Shown here in pieces: positions 47,633-58,308 of a stretch of 64,000 nt of DNA; within the stretch, counting starts at the first letter, position 1; each line of letters opens with the position of its first letter. Source of the stretch: Planctomycetota bacterium (GTDB lineage: Bacteria; Planctomycetota; UBA1135; UBA2386). The translations under genes and the position numbers were made by a program. Where the stretch lies: the NCBI GenBank assembly GCA_947501605.1, contig CANMWZ010000003.1, positions 192,001 to 256,000 of the forward strand, in the 5' to 3' direction. Under the pieces are notes generated by a model. That model worked only from the letters and a program-made list of their open reading frames with translations. It was not told the origin of the DNA and searched no databases.

Positions 47633-49228
47633 TCACCGAACCCCGCAACGGAGCGCCATCAGGACCAACGCCGCGAACAGGCACCACGGCGCCAGGTTGC
47701 GCGAAGCAACAGGAAACGCCGGAACGGTGCGGGCAGGAGTGTCGTCGAAACGCCGCAGATCAGACTCCGCGAGTGGCGAAGCCGCCTGCTCCAACGCAAT
47801 CCCGTGCGAACCTGGTTGGCTGCGTTCGTAGGTTCGAAGCAGCAGCTGAGGGAATGCCGGCAACAGCGCGAGGTTGCTGTCCTGCAGGCGAAACGCGAAA
47901 TGCAGCGCGCTGCCGCTGGGACCTCGCCGAAGGACTGCGAGCGGTGCCCTGGTGCCGTCAGGGAACTGTGCGCTCATCAGCGTTTCCCCCTGCGGCAGCG
48001 CATCGCGCAGCGCGTGCAGAACTTCGAGCTCGGAGAAGTCGAGCCCGCCGAATAACGGATCGCGTCGGTTCCAGTCGATCCCCACTGGCGCGGGCCAGGG
48101 CGTCGAATCCTCGCGCGCGCGGCCAAAGCTCAGCATCGGCCCAGGCTCTGCCGGCAGGCCACCCTTGCCGCCTTCGACGATCAAGAACCCGACCGATTCA
48201 CCAGGGCGAGCTTCGATCCATTGCCCGCCAGTGACGACCGCTAGGGCCGCCCCGGACTTCTTGGCCAATCCCTGATCGTCTTCGTCCGCTTGCACCGCGA
48301 TCCGGGTCTGCGGTAGCGGTGGCAGCTGAAAGCGATAGCCATTATCGGTTGCAAGTGCGTCACCAGCGAGTTCGAGCGTGATGGTGAGTCGGCCACCCGC
48401 GGCGGCACGCACCAGCGGGATCTCCAGCTCCACGAACTGACCAGGCGGCAGCGTGATCGGCTGCTGCACCGACGACTGGATGGCCCCTTCGATGGTGAGT
48501 TGGCCCTGCATGGGCTGCGGCGCGAACGCGATGGCGCGAGCCCGCACGAGCAAGTCCCCGAGTGGCCAACGGTCTTCGATGGTCACCGACTCGAGCGCGG
48601 CGTTATCCCGTACGGCGCCGAACTGGGTCCAGGCACCTGCCATCGGCGCGGAGGCCATCGGCATCTGCGAATCGGACAAGGTCCAGACCTGCGTGTCGGG
48701 CCGCGCTCCGGCCGCGGCAAGCTCGCGCAGTGGTGCCGGCAACAAGCCACTCGGCGTCCCGACATCGGAAAGTGCACGCGCTGCGGCGCCTGACCGACGC
48801 GCAATCGCACCGTCGCGGGCGATGGCTACGTCCACGGCCACATGCAACGGCAGCGCATCACACAGTTCGCGGACCGCAGCGACTTCGCGCTCGAACGGCG
48901 ACGCTTCGCCATCGGCCCCTCGAGCGGCGGTGCTCGCACTCGCGTCGAGGAGCACAAACAACCGCGACGGCCCGATACCCGCCGGCCAGACCGGGTCGGC
49001 GGCAGCAAGCACGGCACAGACCGCCGCCATACTGAGCAGCAGCCAGCGCAGCGCGCGAAACCGGGGCGGCTGACGCCGAAGTGCTTCCTGCGCGAGCCGC
49101 CATTGGGAAGCGTGCGCGGTCCACAAGACACGACGCGGCCGCGGGGGTTGGGCCAACCAGAACAACACGGGCAGCAACGCCAGCAGCCACCACAGTTGGT
49201 GCGCTGCCGTTAGCGTCGGAAGCTCCAT
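47633..49228 (-). CDS. BatA/vWA-domain membrane protein
   Basis: N-terminal double-TM BatA pattern, MIDAS-like LLDASAS, DALATDN, AFP.LL, ESDL and a C-terminal TM. Confidence 0.72.
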   Translation of the reverse strand: MELPTLTAAHQLWWLLALLPVLFWLAQPPRPRRVLWTAHASQWRLAQEALRRQPPRFRALRWLLLSMAAVCAVLAAADPVWPAGIGPSRLFVLLDASASTAARGADGEASPFEREVAAVRELCDALPLHVAVDVAIARDGAIARRSGAAARALSDVGTPSGLLPAPLRELAAAGARPDTQVWTLSDSQMPMASAPMAGAWTQFGAVRDNAALESVTIEDRWPLGDLLVRARAIAFAPQPMQGQLTIEGAIQSSVQQPITLPPGQFVELEIPLVRAAAGGRLTITLELAGDALATDNGYRFQLPPLPQTRIAVQADEDDQGLAKKSGAALAVVTGGQWIEARPGESVGFLIVEGGKGGLPAEPGPMLSFGRAREDSTPWPAPVGIDWNRRDPLFGGLDFSELEVLHALRDALPQGETLMSAQFPDGTRAPLAVLRRGPSGSALHFAFRLQDSNLALLPAFPQLLLRTYERSQPGSHGIALEQAASPLAESDLRRFDDTPARTVPAFPVASRNLAPWCLFAALVLMALRCGVR

Positions 49229-50088
49229 CCGGCCTCCATCCATCGCCCTGCATCGAACGTCTCGGTCGGCAGCGTCAATCGTTGAAGCGGGAAGCCGCAG
49301 GCGGCAAACACTCGCTGCTGCTGTCGCTGCAACACCTGCAACTCATGTGTCATGGCACGAGCCAAAGCCACATCGACTCGCAATGGAACTTCGCGCCCGG
49401 TCTCCGGATCGCACACCAATCGCCAACCATCGGCCTCGACGCGGAAGTCGTCCGGGATCGTCGGCAACCAGCCGGTGACGCGACAGCCGGCACGACGCAG
49501 GCGCAGCAGCGTCCGTTCCGTAGCGGTCGGGTCCACGAAGTCGCTGATCCAGTGCACACGGCTCGGCGCCCGTCGCCGCTGGAGATCTGCGGCAACCGCC
49601 TGGGGGTCCTGCGGCAGAAACGTCAGCGCAGCAAGGTGATCGAGCATCCCGGCCAGAGCTGCCCTGCCCTGAAATGTCGCACCGCGCGTCGTCTGCACCG
49701 CAACGGCATCGAGATGCACGAGCGACAATCCGCCCAACACGGCCGCAAGTCGCTGCGCAGTCGCCCACCTCGGTGGCGTACCGACGCCCATGCTCGGCGA
49801 GCAGTCGAGCAGGACAGTCGCGGCACGAGCCTCCTCTTCCGCCAGCAGCTTCAGGAACAACGTGCCGGTGCGCGCATACGCATTCCAATCGATGCGCCGA
49901 AGATCGTCGCCCTTCACGTAGCTGCGATGGCCAACGAACGTGCCACTCTGCTGCAGGGTCTGGTGACGACTGCGAAGGGTCTGCATGCGCGCACCCTGCA
50001 CGCGGCCGGAATGGCGGAGGACCTGTTCGAGCATTGCGCGAAACGGCGCCGGAAACGGCTCGCGCGAGGACGGCAGCGATCGCTTCAC
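49210..50088 (-). CDS. DUF58 family protein
   Basis: FVGHRSYVKGDDLRRIDWNAYART, LLDCSPSM, ISDF, DPETG. Confidence 0.9.
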   Translation of the reverse strand: MKRSLPSSREPFPAPFRAMLEQVLRHSGRVQGARMQTLRSRHQTLQQSGTFVGHRSYVKGDDLRRIDWNAYARTGTLFLKLLAEEEARAATVLLDCSPSMGVGTPPRWATAQRLAAVLGGLSLVHLDAVAVQTTRGATFQGRAALAGMLDHLAALTFLPQDPQAVAADLQRRRAPSRVHWISDFVDPTATERTLLRLRRAGCRVTGWLPTIPDDFRVEADGWRLVCDPETGREVPLRVDVALARAMTHELQVLQRQQQRVFAACGFPLQRLTLPTETFDAGRWMEAGWSFRR

Positions 50089-51110
50089 TTGCCGTCCTCT
50101 TGCAACAACTTCCAGAACGCGCGCACGATGGTGCGTTCGCGCGCGGGCACACGGCGACTCTGCAGTGCGCGTTCCTGAGCCCGTTGGAACTCCTCGCGAT
50201 CGGGTGGCGGCATCAGGCTGCCGCCCGCGTCTTTGCCGCCCCGGGTGGCGGGTGGCGGATTGGATCCGGCTTCCTCGCCACCGCCAGTCAGGGCGCGTTC
50301 CGCCATCGCCCGGCGCGTCGGGCCGTCGCGGGTGAACTCCGGCACCAAGATTTCTGCATGCGCCGGCAGATCGAGAAAGGGCGCCGGTGACTCGGCCTCC
50401 GGCTCGGGCCCCTGTTGCGGAAGCGGCGGCGACTGTTCTGGTTGGTCCCCCGCGAGGGGCTCGTCGCTGACGGGCGGCGTGGGCGAGTTGCCCTCAGGTG
50501 ACGAACCCGCACCGCCACGGCCCTCCTCTGATTCGCCGCTGCCATCGGGATGCACCGGCGGCGGCGCGCCTCCCAGCCCGTAGATGGGCAAATCGAAGTC
50601 TGGACGCAACCACCAGAGCAGCAACAGCACGACGGCGATCGGAACCGAATAACGGACGCGTCCGAAATGTGGCGCCAACCACTTCACCTCCGTGTGCGGC
50701 GGCAGAGCAGCGACGACGGTAGCGAGATCCGAGCGCAGCCATTGGGCCATGGGACTCGCGGCCGCGCCGCGCGCTTCCACCTCGTCCCAAGCCAGCAAGA
50801 GGTCGCCGATCGGTTGGCCCTTGGCCCGCAATTCGAGCAATGCCCGACGGAGTGCTCGGCGTTCGCGAACCGTGACGGTCGACAGCAGCACCACGACGAT
50901 CAATCCGGCGATACCGCCGACCCAGAGGGCCGCAGTGGGCGCGCCGAGTGCAAGCAGCAGCACGGCGCACAGCAGCGGCACTCCAGTGCTGGTGAACGCA
51001 ACCTGCAGGTGCGACCGCAAGCGAGCCCCTTCGACTCGATGGAGGAATGCGCGTACGGCGGCAGCCTCATGGTGCGGTTCTCCGTCGTCGGCGGCTGCGC
51101 TGGCGGTCAC
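50085..51110 (-). CDS. Hypothetical membrane protein with a Pro/Gly-rich C-terminus
   Basis: About 3 TM segments; ends with a VPARERTIVRAFW-type tail; stop overlaps the DUF58 start; start approximate. Confidence 0.65.
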   Translation of the reverse strand: MTASAAADDGEPHHEAAAVRAFLHRVEGARLRSHLQVAFTSTGVPLLCAVLLLALGAPTAALWVGGIAGLIVVVLLSTVTVRERRALRRALLELRAKGQPIGDLLLAWDEVEARGAAASPMAQWLRSDLATVVAALPPHTEVKWLAPHFGRVRYSVPIAVVLLLLWWLRPDFDLPIYGLGGAPPPVHPDGSGESEEGRGGAGSSPEGNSPTPPVSDEPLAGDQPEQSPPLPQQGPEPEAESPAPFLDLPAHAEILVPEFTRDGPTRRAMAERALTGGGEEAGSNPPPATRGGKDAGGSLMPPPDREEFQRAQERALQSRRVPARERTIVRAFWKLLQEDGK

Positions 51111-51119
51111 ACACCCATC

Positions 51120-51377
51120 ATGCAAGCGGCGCCTCGCGATGCCAACGACCCGAGGGGGAGCGGATCGTCGTCATCGGCTTGGCGCAGCCGCTACGACCGA
51201 GAACTCGCTGTCCCCGAGGTCCCGTTCCTGGAGCGGCAGTTGGAGGAGCAGTTCGCCGCAGTGCATGGCGGCCTGCTGCGAGGTTGGGCTCGAACTCGCA
51301 TCGGCAAGCAGTTGGTCCCCCACGACGATGGCCTTTCGCCGATCAGCGGCTCGTCGCCGCGCAGCACCCCGACCTAG
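51120..51377 (+). CDS. Possible 85-aa hypothetical protein
   Basis: MQAAPRD...RYDRELAVPEVPFLERQLEEQFAAVHGGLLRGWAR... fills part of a ~520-bp gap; no motif recognised. Confidence 0.3.
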   Translation: MQAAPRDANDPRGSGSSSSAWRSRYDRELAVPEVPFLERQLEEQFAAVHGGLLRGWARTRIGKQLVPHDDGLSPISGSSPRSTPT

Positions 51378-51636
51378 CCACCTGTGGAACAACGGCGCCG
51401 TCGCCGAGGGCCCGGGAGCTGGATTCCGCTCAAGGAGCGCGAGCGGAGTCGATTCTGCAGCTGCGATGCAGTTCGTGCGACGCAGAGATCGGACCAGCTA
51501 CCGCGCAAGCAGGCAGGATGCGTGCTGCAGCAGGCGGCTAGGCCCCGCGTCGCCCACCCTTACGACGCGAGTTCCCAGAGGCTTTCGCCCCCCGCGCGCC
51601 ACAACGCAAAGGGGAAACCGATGGCGCCTTGAGCCC

Positions 51637-52944
51637 TCAGCCGCCTTGACCGCCGCCGCCAGTGCCAGGCGTGACCGGCTGAACGGGCTGGGTCTGTCCG
51701 GACTCGGGTGGCGTCGGCGTGGGCTCGGGTTGCCCGCCGGTCGCAGGCGTGCCGGCCTCCGGTTTCGTTCCGGGCTCCACGGGCGACTTTGGCGCATCGG
51801 TCGCCGCCTGCGGTGTTGGAGCGTCCTCTTTTGGAGTGTCCTTCTGCGTCTCCACCGGCTGGGCGGCAGGATCGAAGTACTCCCCGATGTCGCGTTCGAA
51901 ACCCGCGATCCAGGGCGAGGCGACCGTGATCACAAAGCTCGATTCACTGCAGCGAACATGCTGCGTGTTCTTGCCGTCGACGGGACCGCCAACATCGACA
52001 GACACCATCACGTCCTTGCCATCCTTCTCGTAGGTCACCGCGACGCGCACAGATGGTGCTTCGAGGCCCACGCCCGCCAAGTTGGTAGCCGCGAGCGGAC
52101 GCACGAAGTCGTCGGCCTGAAGATAGCCAAAACGCTGCGCTAGGCCTTCCACCTCGATCTGCCGCACCGCACCCTTGCCGGAGGGGGGCGCTTCGACCTG
52201 CCAACTCGCCTGGCCTTTTGGCCGCACAAACACAGCCTTGCCGGTCTGGTTCTGCACTTCGAGGCGGCGGACCATGTCGGCCGGCACCTTGAACATCGTG
52301 CGCTCGATCCACTGACTCGTATCGATCGTGCGATTCCAGAACGGCACTTCATAGAACACGACATCGCGGGCATCTGAGCGACGAACGAACACCCCGCGCA
52401 CCGCTTCGGCCCCCTGCGTGGTCGTGGTCGTGTCCTTGCCCACGAGAAGTTCGGCGATTACCTGACTCTGTGCATTGGTGGTACGGAGGACGAACGCGTG
52501 CGCTTGGTCGAGTCCATACTCGGCGAGCTGTGCGTCGGTGGCTTCTGATTGCACCAGTGTCTCCTTGTCGGCCGGGATCTCGGCCAGGTGCTTCCACACC
52601 TGCAACTCGAGCATCTGGGCGTTGACCGGCACTCCGCTCTGCTCACCCATGCCCTGCCCCAACACAAACCCCAGCTCGGTGCGCTGAAAGTTGATCTGGT
52701 CGTACTGAATCGCGGGCTTCTGGTTCGGGTCGCTCCCGGGCGCTGGCTGCACGTCGGGCTGCGGGTCTTTGGGCTTCCCGAGGGCGAGCGTCGCAACGTT
52801 GTCGGTAGTGAAGCCAGCAAACAACCGCGGCACGTCCGCCACGTCGACGAAGTTCTCGAGGTCACGGCGCAGCGTCATCCACGTCGGCACAGCCAAGACG
52901 ACCGTGGTGATCGCGAGCACCAGATTGGCTTTGGTCAGATTCAT
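51637..52944 (-). CDS. DUF4340-domain protein
   Basis: N-terminal anchor, LAEYGLD, LLVGK, VFVRR, GVGLEAP; follows the GldG-like gene. Confidence 0.75.
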   Translation of the reverse strand: MNLTKANLVLAITTVVLAVPTWMTLRRDLENFVDVADVPRLFAGFTTDNVATLALGKPKDPQPDVQPAPGSDPNQKPAIQYDQINFQRTELGFVLGQGMGEQSGVPVNAQMLELQVWKHLAEIPADKETLVQSEATDAQLAEYGLDQAHAFVLRTTNAQSQVIAELLVGKDTTTTTQGAEAVRGVFVRRSDARDVVFYEVPFWNRTIDTSQWIERTMFKVPADMVRRLEVQNQTGKAVFVRPKGQASWQVEAPPSGKGAVRQIEVEGLAQRFGYLQADDFVRPLAATNLAGVGLEAPSVRVAVTYEKDGKDVMVSVDVGGPVDGKNTQHVRCSESSFVITVASPWIAGFERDIGEYFDPAAQPVETQKDTPKEDAPTPQAATDAPKSPVEPGTKPEAGTPATGGQPEPTPTPPESGQTQPVQPVTPGTGGGGQGG

Positions 52945-52954
52945 GGCGAGCTCC

Positions 52955-55078
52955 TCAGTTCTCTACCGACGATAGGAAGCGCCGCTTCTGCGATCGCCTC
53001 ACGAACAGGACAGCAAACCCCAGAATCAGCACCAAGAGGCAAGGGCTGACGACGTTCATGGTGACGAGGAACGACTGCGTCGTGCGGAGCTTCTTCTCCG
53101 CGGCGAGGCGGTCCTGTGAGCCATCGCCGAGATCGTCGACCAGAGTGATGCGACGGTCTGCCGGCAACCGCGATTGCAGCGCCACCAAGTCACTGTCCTG
53201 ACTCAGCCAATCGAGCAACATGGGGAAGAAGGCGGCCCCGAACAGCGAGTGGGGACCACCGAGTTGGCGATAGGCGCCGCGGGCAAAGTCATCGCGCAGA
53301 AAGTCGCTGTCGGCAAATGCGACGATGCGCCCCGGGGCAGAGGCGACCGCAATCGGAGTTGGCTCGGCGACCACGGAGGTCTTGGCCTCGCCCGCAGTTT
53401 TCTCCGGCGGCTTCGGCGGCCCGACGTCCGGCTCTTGCGCCACCGCGCCGCCCGCATCCGGCTGCGCCTCTGCCTCAGCCTTCTTGCGATCTTGCTCTTC
53501 CTTCTGCTCAGACACCTTCTGGGGTCGATCCTTGCCGCGGAAGAACGAAGGAAACGTGCCGCGCAGATCGAGCATCAATGGCACCTGGCGCCGTGGCTCG
53601 CTCTGAATTCGTTGCTGCAACTTCTGCACAAAGGCCTGATTGGCGGCGAGCTGCGATTGCAGATCGCGACCCAGGAGCGCGTTCAACGACTGCGGTGGCT
53701 CTTCGACGATGGTCAGAGGACTCGACCACAGCAGCGTACGACCGATGACGCCGTCGGGCAGTGTCGGCTCCGCGCCGTTGCTGCGCAGATGCAACACGCA
53801 TGGCCAGTAGAAGCCGGGGGTTCGCTTGAACTGTTTGAACGCCTTGAACACGAACTCGTCGGTATCGATGCCAGGTCGCAACGTTCGCTTGAAGTAAGCC
53901 GCCTGCTCCTCGTCCAGGCGACCGCTCGCACTGGCCAAGCGATCGGAGATCTGGGCCCAGTCGACATCGAGCGCATGGAAGAAGTAGGGATACGGCACCT
54001 GCCGGACGAGCCCCATCTGCACAGGCACGCCGAGGTACTCGAAACCGCCGGTGAGCGGGTTCTGGGCTTGGCTCGCCTGTGGCTGGAGGTCCGCAACGAT
54101 CTGATTGGTCTGCTCAAGGCCGTAGTGCAGCAACTGGTCTTGCCACTTCCACTGACTGTCTTTGGCGTCGAAACCCATCGGCACCTTGAGGCACTGCCGG
54201 TTTGGATTGAGGCCGTAGTCGGCGACGTCGGCGAACAGGACAACCGTCCCGCCTCGCATCAGAAACTGGTCGATGACGTACTTCTGTCGATCACTGACGT
54301 CGGTCGGTCGGAACAGCAACAGCGTTTCGATCTCAGCAGGAATCAGTGCGCCTTCGGCGTCCTTGAGATTCTGGAACTCGTAGCGCTTGCTGACATCCGG
54401 CAACGTACGGACGTACTCCCAGCCAGTCCCCTGTGCCTCCTGACCGCCTGGAGCGGACGGCCACTCCATGAAACCGAGCTTGCGACGCGTCTCGGTGACG
54501 ACCTCCTTGATGGCCGGCGTCACGATGGCCTCGGCCAGAAAGGAGACCGTGGGCGCAACCTGCTCGATGACCTTCTGTCGGCCACCGCCGTAGACGAGGC
54601 GCAAGCCCTGCCAGTGGCGGGAAACGCCGACGGCGGTCGTCGACGAGTTTTGTGCGTCGATCGGCTTGACGCCGATGCGCGTGCACTTGTCGAGGACCGC
54701 TTTGTCGTCGTTCGGGTTGAACCGCTGCACGACGACTTTGCCGTTGCCCAGTTGCACCAGTTCGTCGAGGAAGTTCTCGAGCACCGCGCGCGTGTCGCGC
54801 AGCTGCGCCGGAAGATCTGCGTTCGGGCTGAGATAGGCCTCGATCACGAGACGCTTCTGCAGGCCACCGACCAGGGTGCGCGTCGAGTCCGTCAGCGAGT
54901 AGAGCTGGTCACTGGTCGCGTCGACGCGGGCGCGGTGGCGCGTGGCTAGGTAGACCAACTGACCGAGCACGCAGACCAGGAGGACGACGTGTAGAGTGAG
55001 CCCCAGCGCGGTGCCGCGGCAGTGGCGTCGAGCGCCCGCGAGCAGCGGGAGCGAGTCGTTCATGGCACCCATGGGCAT
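52955..55078 (-). CDS. GldG-like ABC transporter accessory protein
   Basis: RVDATSDQLYSLTDSTR, IDQFLMRGG, RIVAFADSDF, LDWL..D.DL..L; TGATG coupling to the permease. Confidence 0.82.
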   Translation of the reverse strand: MPMGAMNDSLPLLAGARRHCRGTALGLTLHVVLLVCVLGQLVYLATRHRARVDATSDQLYSLTDSTRTLVGGLQKRLVIEAYLSPNADLPAQLRDTRAVLENFLDELVQLGNGKVVVQRFNPNDDKAVLDKCTRIGVKPIDAQNSSTTAVGVSRHWQGLRLVYGGGRQKVIEQVAPTVSFLAEAIVTPAIKEVVTETRRKLGFMEWPSAPGGQEAQGTGWEYVRTLPDVSKRYEFQNLKDAEGALIPAEIETLLLFRPTDVSDRQKYVIDQFLMRGGTVVLFADVADYGLNPNRQCLKVPMGFDAKDSQWKWQDQLLHYGLEQTNQIVADLQPQASQAQNPLTGGFEYLGVPVQMGLVRQVPYPYFFHALDVDWAQISDRLASASGRLDEEQAAYFKRTLRPGIDTDEFVFKAFKQFKRTPGFYWPCVLHLRSNGAEPTLPDGVIGRTLLWSSPLTIVEEPPQSLNALLGRDLQSQLAANQAFVQKLQQRIQSEPRRQVPLMLDLRGTFPSFFRGKDRPQKVSEQKEEQDRKKAEAEAQPDAGGAVAQEPDVGPPKPPEKTAGEAKTSVVAEPTPIAVASAPGRIVAFADSDFLRDDFARGAYRQLGGPHSLFGAAFFPMLLDWLSQDSDLVALQSRLPADRRITLVDDLGDGSQDRLAAEKKLRTTQSFLVTMNVVSPCLLVLILGFAVLFVRRSQKRRFLSSVEN

Positions 55079-55812
55079 CACCCTTTGAGTCGCCGGTTGT
55101 TGAGCACCAGCGCGTTGGCGTGCAGGAAGAACCCGCAGAAGCACAGGTAGTAAACGATGTCGCGCGTGTCGAAGACGCCGCGCGCGATGGACTCGAAGTA
55201 CTTGTAGGGACTGATGCCGCCGAGGAGATCCACGGCCCACGTCGGCAGGAAGCCTGCGATCCACTCTGCCACGACGGGGAAGCCGAATGCATAGAGCAGC
55301 AAGAGCGAGACCAGCGACAGCAACAACGCGACGATCTGGTCGCGTGTCAGGCTCGACCAAAACATACCTACCGCGAGGTAGGCACCGGCGAGCAGCAGCG
55401 ACGCGACATAGGCACCGAGGACCGGGGCCCAGTCGAGACTCCCATAGGTGGCAAGCGTGACTGGCAACCCGATCGTGAACAGCAGGAGCACGGCGAGGAA
55501 TGCCAGTGCGGCGAAGAACTTGCCCGAGATCAGGTGGCCAATGCGCACCGGAAACGTCATGAGCAACTCGATCGTGCCGCTGCGACGCTCTTCGGCCCAC
55601 AGGCGCATCGTCAGCCCCGGCAGGAAGAACAGAAACACCACGGGTAGGAGACCGAAGAACGCCTGCATCGAGGCCTGCTGGCCGTCGACGATCTGGCGCT
55701 GCGTGGCCAAGTAGAGGAGCACGCCGAGAAACAACACGCCGAACACATAGGCGATCGGCGACAAGAAGTAGCTCTTCAGCTCGCGGCGGAAGATGACGGA
55801 AATCTCACGCAC
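55078..55812 (-). CDS. GldF-like ABC-2 permease
   Basis: IFRRELKSYFLSPIAY, TMRLWAEERRSGTIELLMT.P, SSLTRDQIVA, RGVFDTRDIVYY. Confidence 0.88.
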   Translation of the reverse strand: MREISVIFRRELKSYFLSPIAYVFGVLFLGVLLYLATQRQIVDGQQASMQAFFGLLPVVFLFFLPGLTMRLWAEERRSGTIELLMTFPVRIGHLISGKFFAALAFLAVLLLFTIGLPVTLATYGSLDWAPVLGAYVASLLLAGAYLAVGMFWSSLTRDQIVALLLSLVSLLLLYAFGFPVVAEWIAGFLPTWAVDLLGGISPYKYFESIARGVFDTRDIVYYLCFCGFFLHANALVLNNRRLKG

Positions 55813-56791
55813 GGGCCACCTCCCCGGTGCCGGCCGCGGCAGCGTCGTTGTTAGCGGCGGTCGGTGGCATCGTCAGTTTGCGGAACACATCCTCGAGGCT
55901 CGGCCGTTCGCGCAGCAGTTCGAGCAACGACCAGTTGTTCTTCACCACCAACCGCGCGATCGACTCCTCGAGCGGCGCTGTGCCCGTGCCGACTTCGACC
56001 CTGAGGCGCAATGAATCGTCCGCGAGGGTCTCGATCACGACCTTGCGGCCCGGCAACAACTCGTGGAACTGCCGCTGCAAGGCCTCGAGCGGCGCGCGCA
56101 CGTGCACTGTGATGACCGAGGCCGGCATGCTGGCGACAAGGTTGTCACGCGTATCGTCGGCCACGATCTCGCCCTGGTGAATCACGATCACTCGCGAGGC
56201 GGACTTCTCCACCTCTTGCAAGTAGTGCGTGCTCAGGATGACCGTGTGTTCTTGGCCGAGCCGCTCGATCAAGTGGCGCACTTCGATGATCTGGTTCGGG
56301 TCGAGGCCCGAGGTCGGTTCGTCGAGGATCAGCACCTCGGGCTCGTGAACAATGGCCTGGGCGAGACCGACGCGCTGGCGATAGCCCTTGCTCAACTCAA
56401 CGATGTTCTTGCCGGTGACGCGACGCAAGCCGCAGAGCTCGACCGCGCGGTCGATGGCTACGCCCCGCTTCAGGATCGGCACACCACGGATCTCGGCGCA
56501 GAAGCGCAGATAGTCATCTACGCGCATCTCGCCATAGAGCGGTGTGCTCTCCGGCAGATAGCCGATACGCGAACGCACCTTCAGGGAATGCTCCACCACG
56601 TCGAACCCGTCTACGGTTGCGCGTCCGGAGGTAGGCAAGAGGAAGCACGTCAGGATCTTCATCGTCGTCGACTTGCCGGCACCGTTGGGGCCCAGAAAGC
56701 CGATGACTTCGCCGCGCTGCACGCGGAACGAAATGCCCTTGAGGGCATGTGCCATACCGTAATCCTTGCGGAGACGTTCAACCTCGATCAT
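55805..56791 (-). CDS. GldA-like ABC ATP-binding protein
   Basis: GFLGPNGAGKSTT, GYLPE..PLY, LSKGYRQRVGLAQA, LDEPTSGLDPNQI, SLEDVF. Confidence 0.9.
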   Translation of the reverse strand: MIEVERLRKDYGMAHALKGISFRVQRGEVIGFLGPNGAGKSTTMKILTCFLLPTSGRATVDGFDVVEHSLKVRSRIGYLPESTPLYGEMRVDDYLRFCAEIRGVPILKRGVAIDRAVELCGLRRVTGKNIVELSKGYRQRVGLAQAIVHEPEVLILDEPTSGLDPNQIIEVRHLIERLGQEHTVILSTHYLQEVEKSASRVIVIHQGEIVADDTRDNLVASMPASVITVHVRAPLEALQRQFHELLPGRKVVIETLADDSLRLRVEVGTGTAPLEESIARLVVKNNWSLLELLRERPSLEDVFRKLTMPPTAANNDAAAAGTGEVARA

Positions 56792-56901
56792 GGCTGTAGT
56801 GGATTCGTTCGCAGAAGTACCAGGGATGGAGAGGAGGACGAAAAGGCGCCCTGAACGCACACCCCCACTGTGCGAAACCGGGGGCGGCTACGCCGACGCT
56901 T

Positions 56902-58308
56902 TCAGTCGTCGAGGCGGAACGAGTCGAGGAAGGCCTGGTTGCTATCGGTCTTCATCAATCGGTCGATCAAGAGCGGCATCGAGTCGAGTGCATTCATGCG
57001 CGCAAGCACGCGCCGCAAGGTGTAGACCCGTGATGTCGTGTCTTTGCCGAGCAGCAGTTCTTCTTTGCGCGTTCCGGACAACTCGATGTCGATGGCAGGG
57101 AAGATGCGTCGCTCGGCGAGCTGACGGTTCAGGACGAGCTCCATGTTACCGGTGCCCTTGAACTCTTCGAAGATCACCTGGTCCATGCGCGACCCGGTGT
57201 CGACCAGAGTGGTCGCCAGGATCGTCAAGGATCCGCCTTCTTCGCAGTTGCGCGCCGCGCCGAAGAACTTCTTCGGCATCTCCAGCACCTTGCTGCCAAT
57301 ACCACCCGACATCGTGGCGCCGCCGCGGCCGCCAAGGAACGAGTTGTAGGCGCGGGTGAGACGCGTAATCGAATCGAGCAGGATGACCACATCGCGGCCA
57401 GCCTCGACCTGACGCTGAGCCCTCTTCAAGCACATCTCGGCAACTTCGATGTGGTGCTTGGGCCCTTCGTCGAGAGTCGACACCAACACTTCGCGGTTCT
57501 CGCCCTCGACGCTGCGCTTCCAACTGGTGGCCTCTTCAGGCCGCTCGTCGATGAGCAGCACCATCATGGCCACCTCGGGGTAGCGAGCGGCTATTGCGTG
57601 GCAAACCTTCTGCATCAGCACCGTCTTGCCCGAGCGCGGCGGTGCGACAACCAGCCCGCGTTGTCCTTTGCCTACCGGACAAAGCAGGTCGATGATGCGC
57701 AGGCTGATGTCCTCGTCGCCGGGTGCCAACACGAACTGTGGCTGTGGGTCGATGACGGTCAGATCCTTGAAGTTGGGCCGATCGCGTGCGTCCTCAGGGT
57801 CCATGCCGTCGATGCCTTCGACGTTGACCAGGGTCATTCGCTGCGGACCGCGCGTCGGGATGCCTGCTTGGCCATCCACTTCGGTCCCCTCCTGCAATCG
57901 GTACTGACGAATCAGGGACAGCGGCACAAACGTGTCGCCGCCCGGAATCGAATCCGCGAGGTAGTGGTTGCGACGCTGGCGCAGCCAACCGTTGCCTTCC
58001 TTGGTGTACTCCAGCACGCCCACGACCTCTTCGGTTGGCCCCTGTGCCTCAGGCACAAAGTCCATCGGAGCACCGCCGCCGCCGCCGCCGCCGCCGCGGC
58101 TGCTGCTGCCGCCACCGCCGCCACCACCGCCACCACCACCGCCACCACCGCCACCACCGCCGCCGCCCTCACCGCCGCCGGCACCGCCGCCGGCACCGCC
58201 GCGACGGCGCCGCCGCCGCCTTCCGCCGCGCCAACGGCGACGATCGGGGCCACCACCTTGATCCGGAGCGGAACCGCCGCCACCTTCGAAGTCGTTCTCG
58301 ATGCTCAT
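56902..58308 (-). CDS. rho: Transcription termination factor Rho with a Gly/Arg low-complexity N-terminus
   Basis: [78 protein letters not shown]. Confidence 0.97.
   Translation of the reverse strand: MSIENDFEGGGGSAPDQGGGPDRRRWRGGRRRRRRRGGAGGGAGGGEGGGGGGGGGGGGGGGGGGGGSSSRGGGGGGGGAPMDFVPEAQGPTEEVVGVLEYTKEGNGWLRQRRNHYLADSIPGGDTFVPLSLIRQYRLQEGTEVDGQAGIPTRGPQRMTLVNVEGIDGMDPEDARDRPNFKDLTVIDPQPQFVLAPGDEDISLRIIDLLCPVGKGQRGLVVAPPRSGKTVLMQKVCHAIAARYPEVAMMVLLIDERPEEATSWKRSVEGENREVLVSTLDEGPKHHIEVAEMCLKRAQRQVEAGRDVVILLDSITRLTRAYNSFLGGRGGATMSGGIGSKVLEMPKKFFGAARNCEEGGSLTILATTLVDTGSRMDQVIFEEFKGTGNMELVLNRQLAERRIFPAIDIELSGTRKEELLLGKDTTSRVYTLRRVLARMNALDSMPLLIDRLMKTDSNQAFLDSFRLDD
58072..58220. repeat. (CCG/CCA)n trinucleotide tract encoding the poly-Gly and poly-Arg of Rho
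   Basis: About 20 consecutive Gly codons at 58108-58167, plus a further Gly8 run and an Arg run. Confidence 0.9.
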
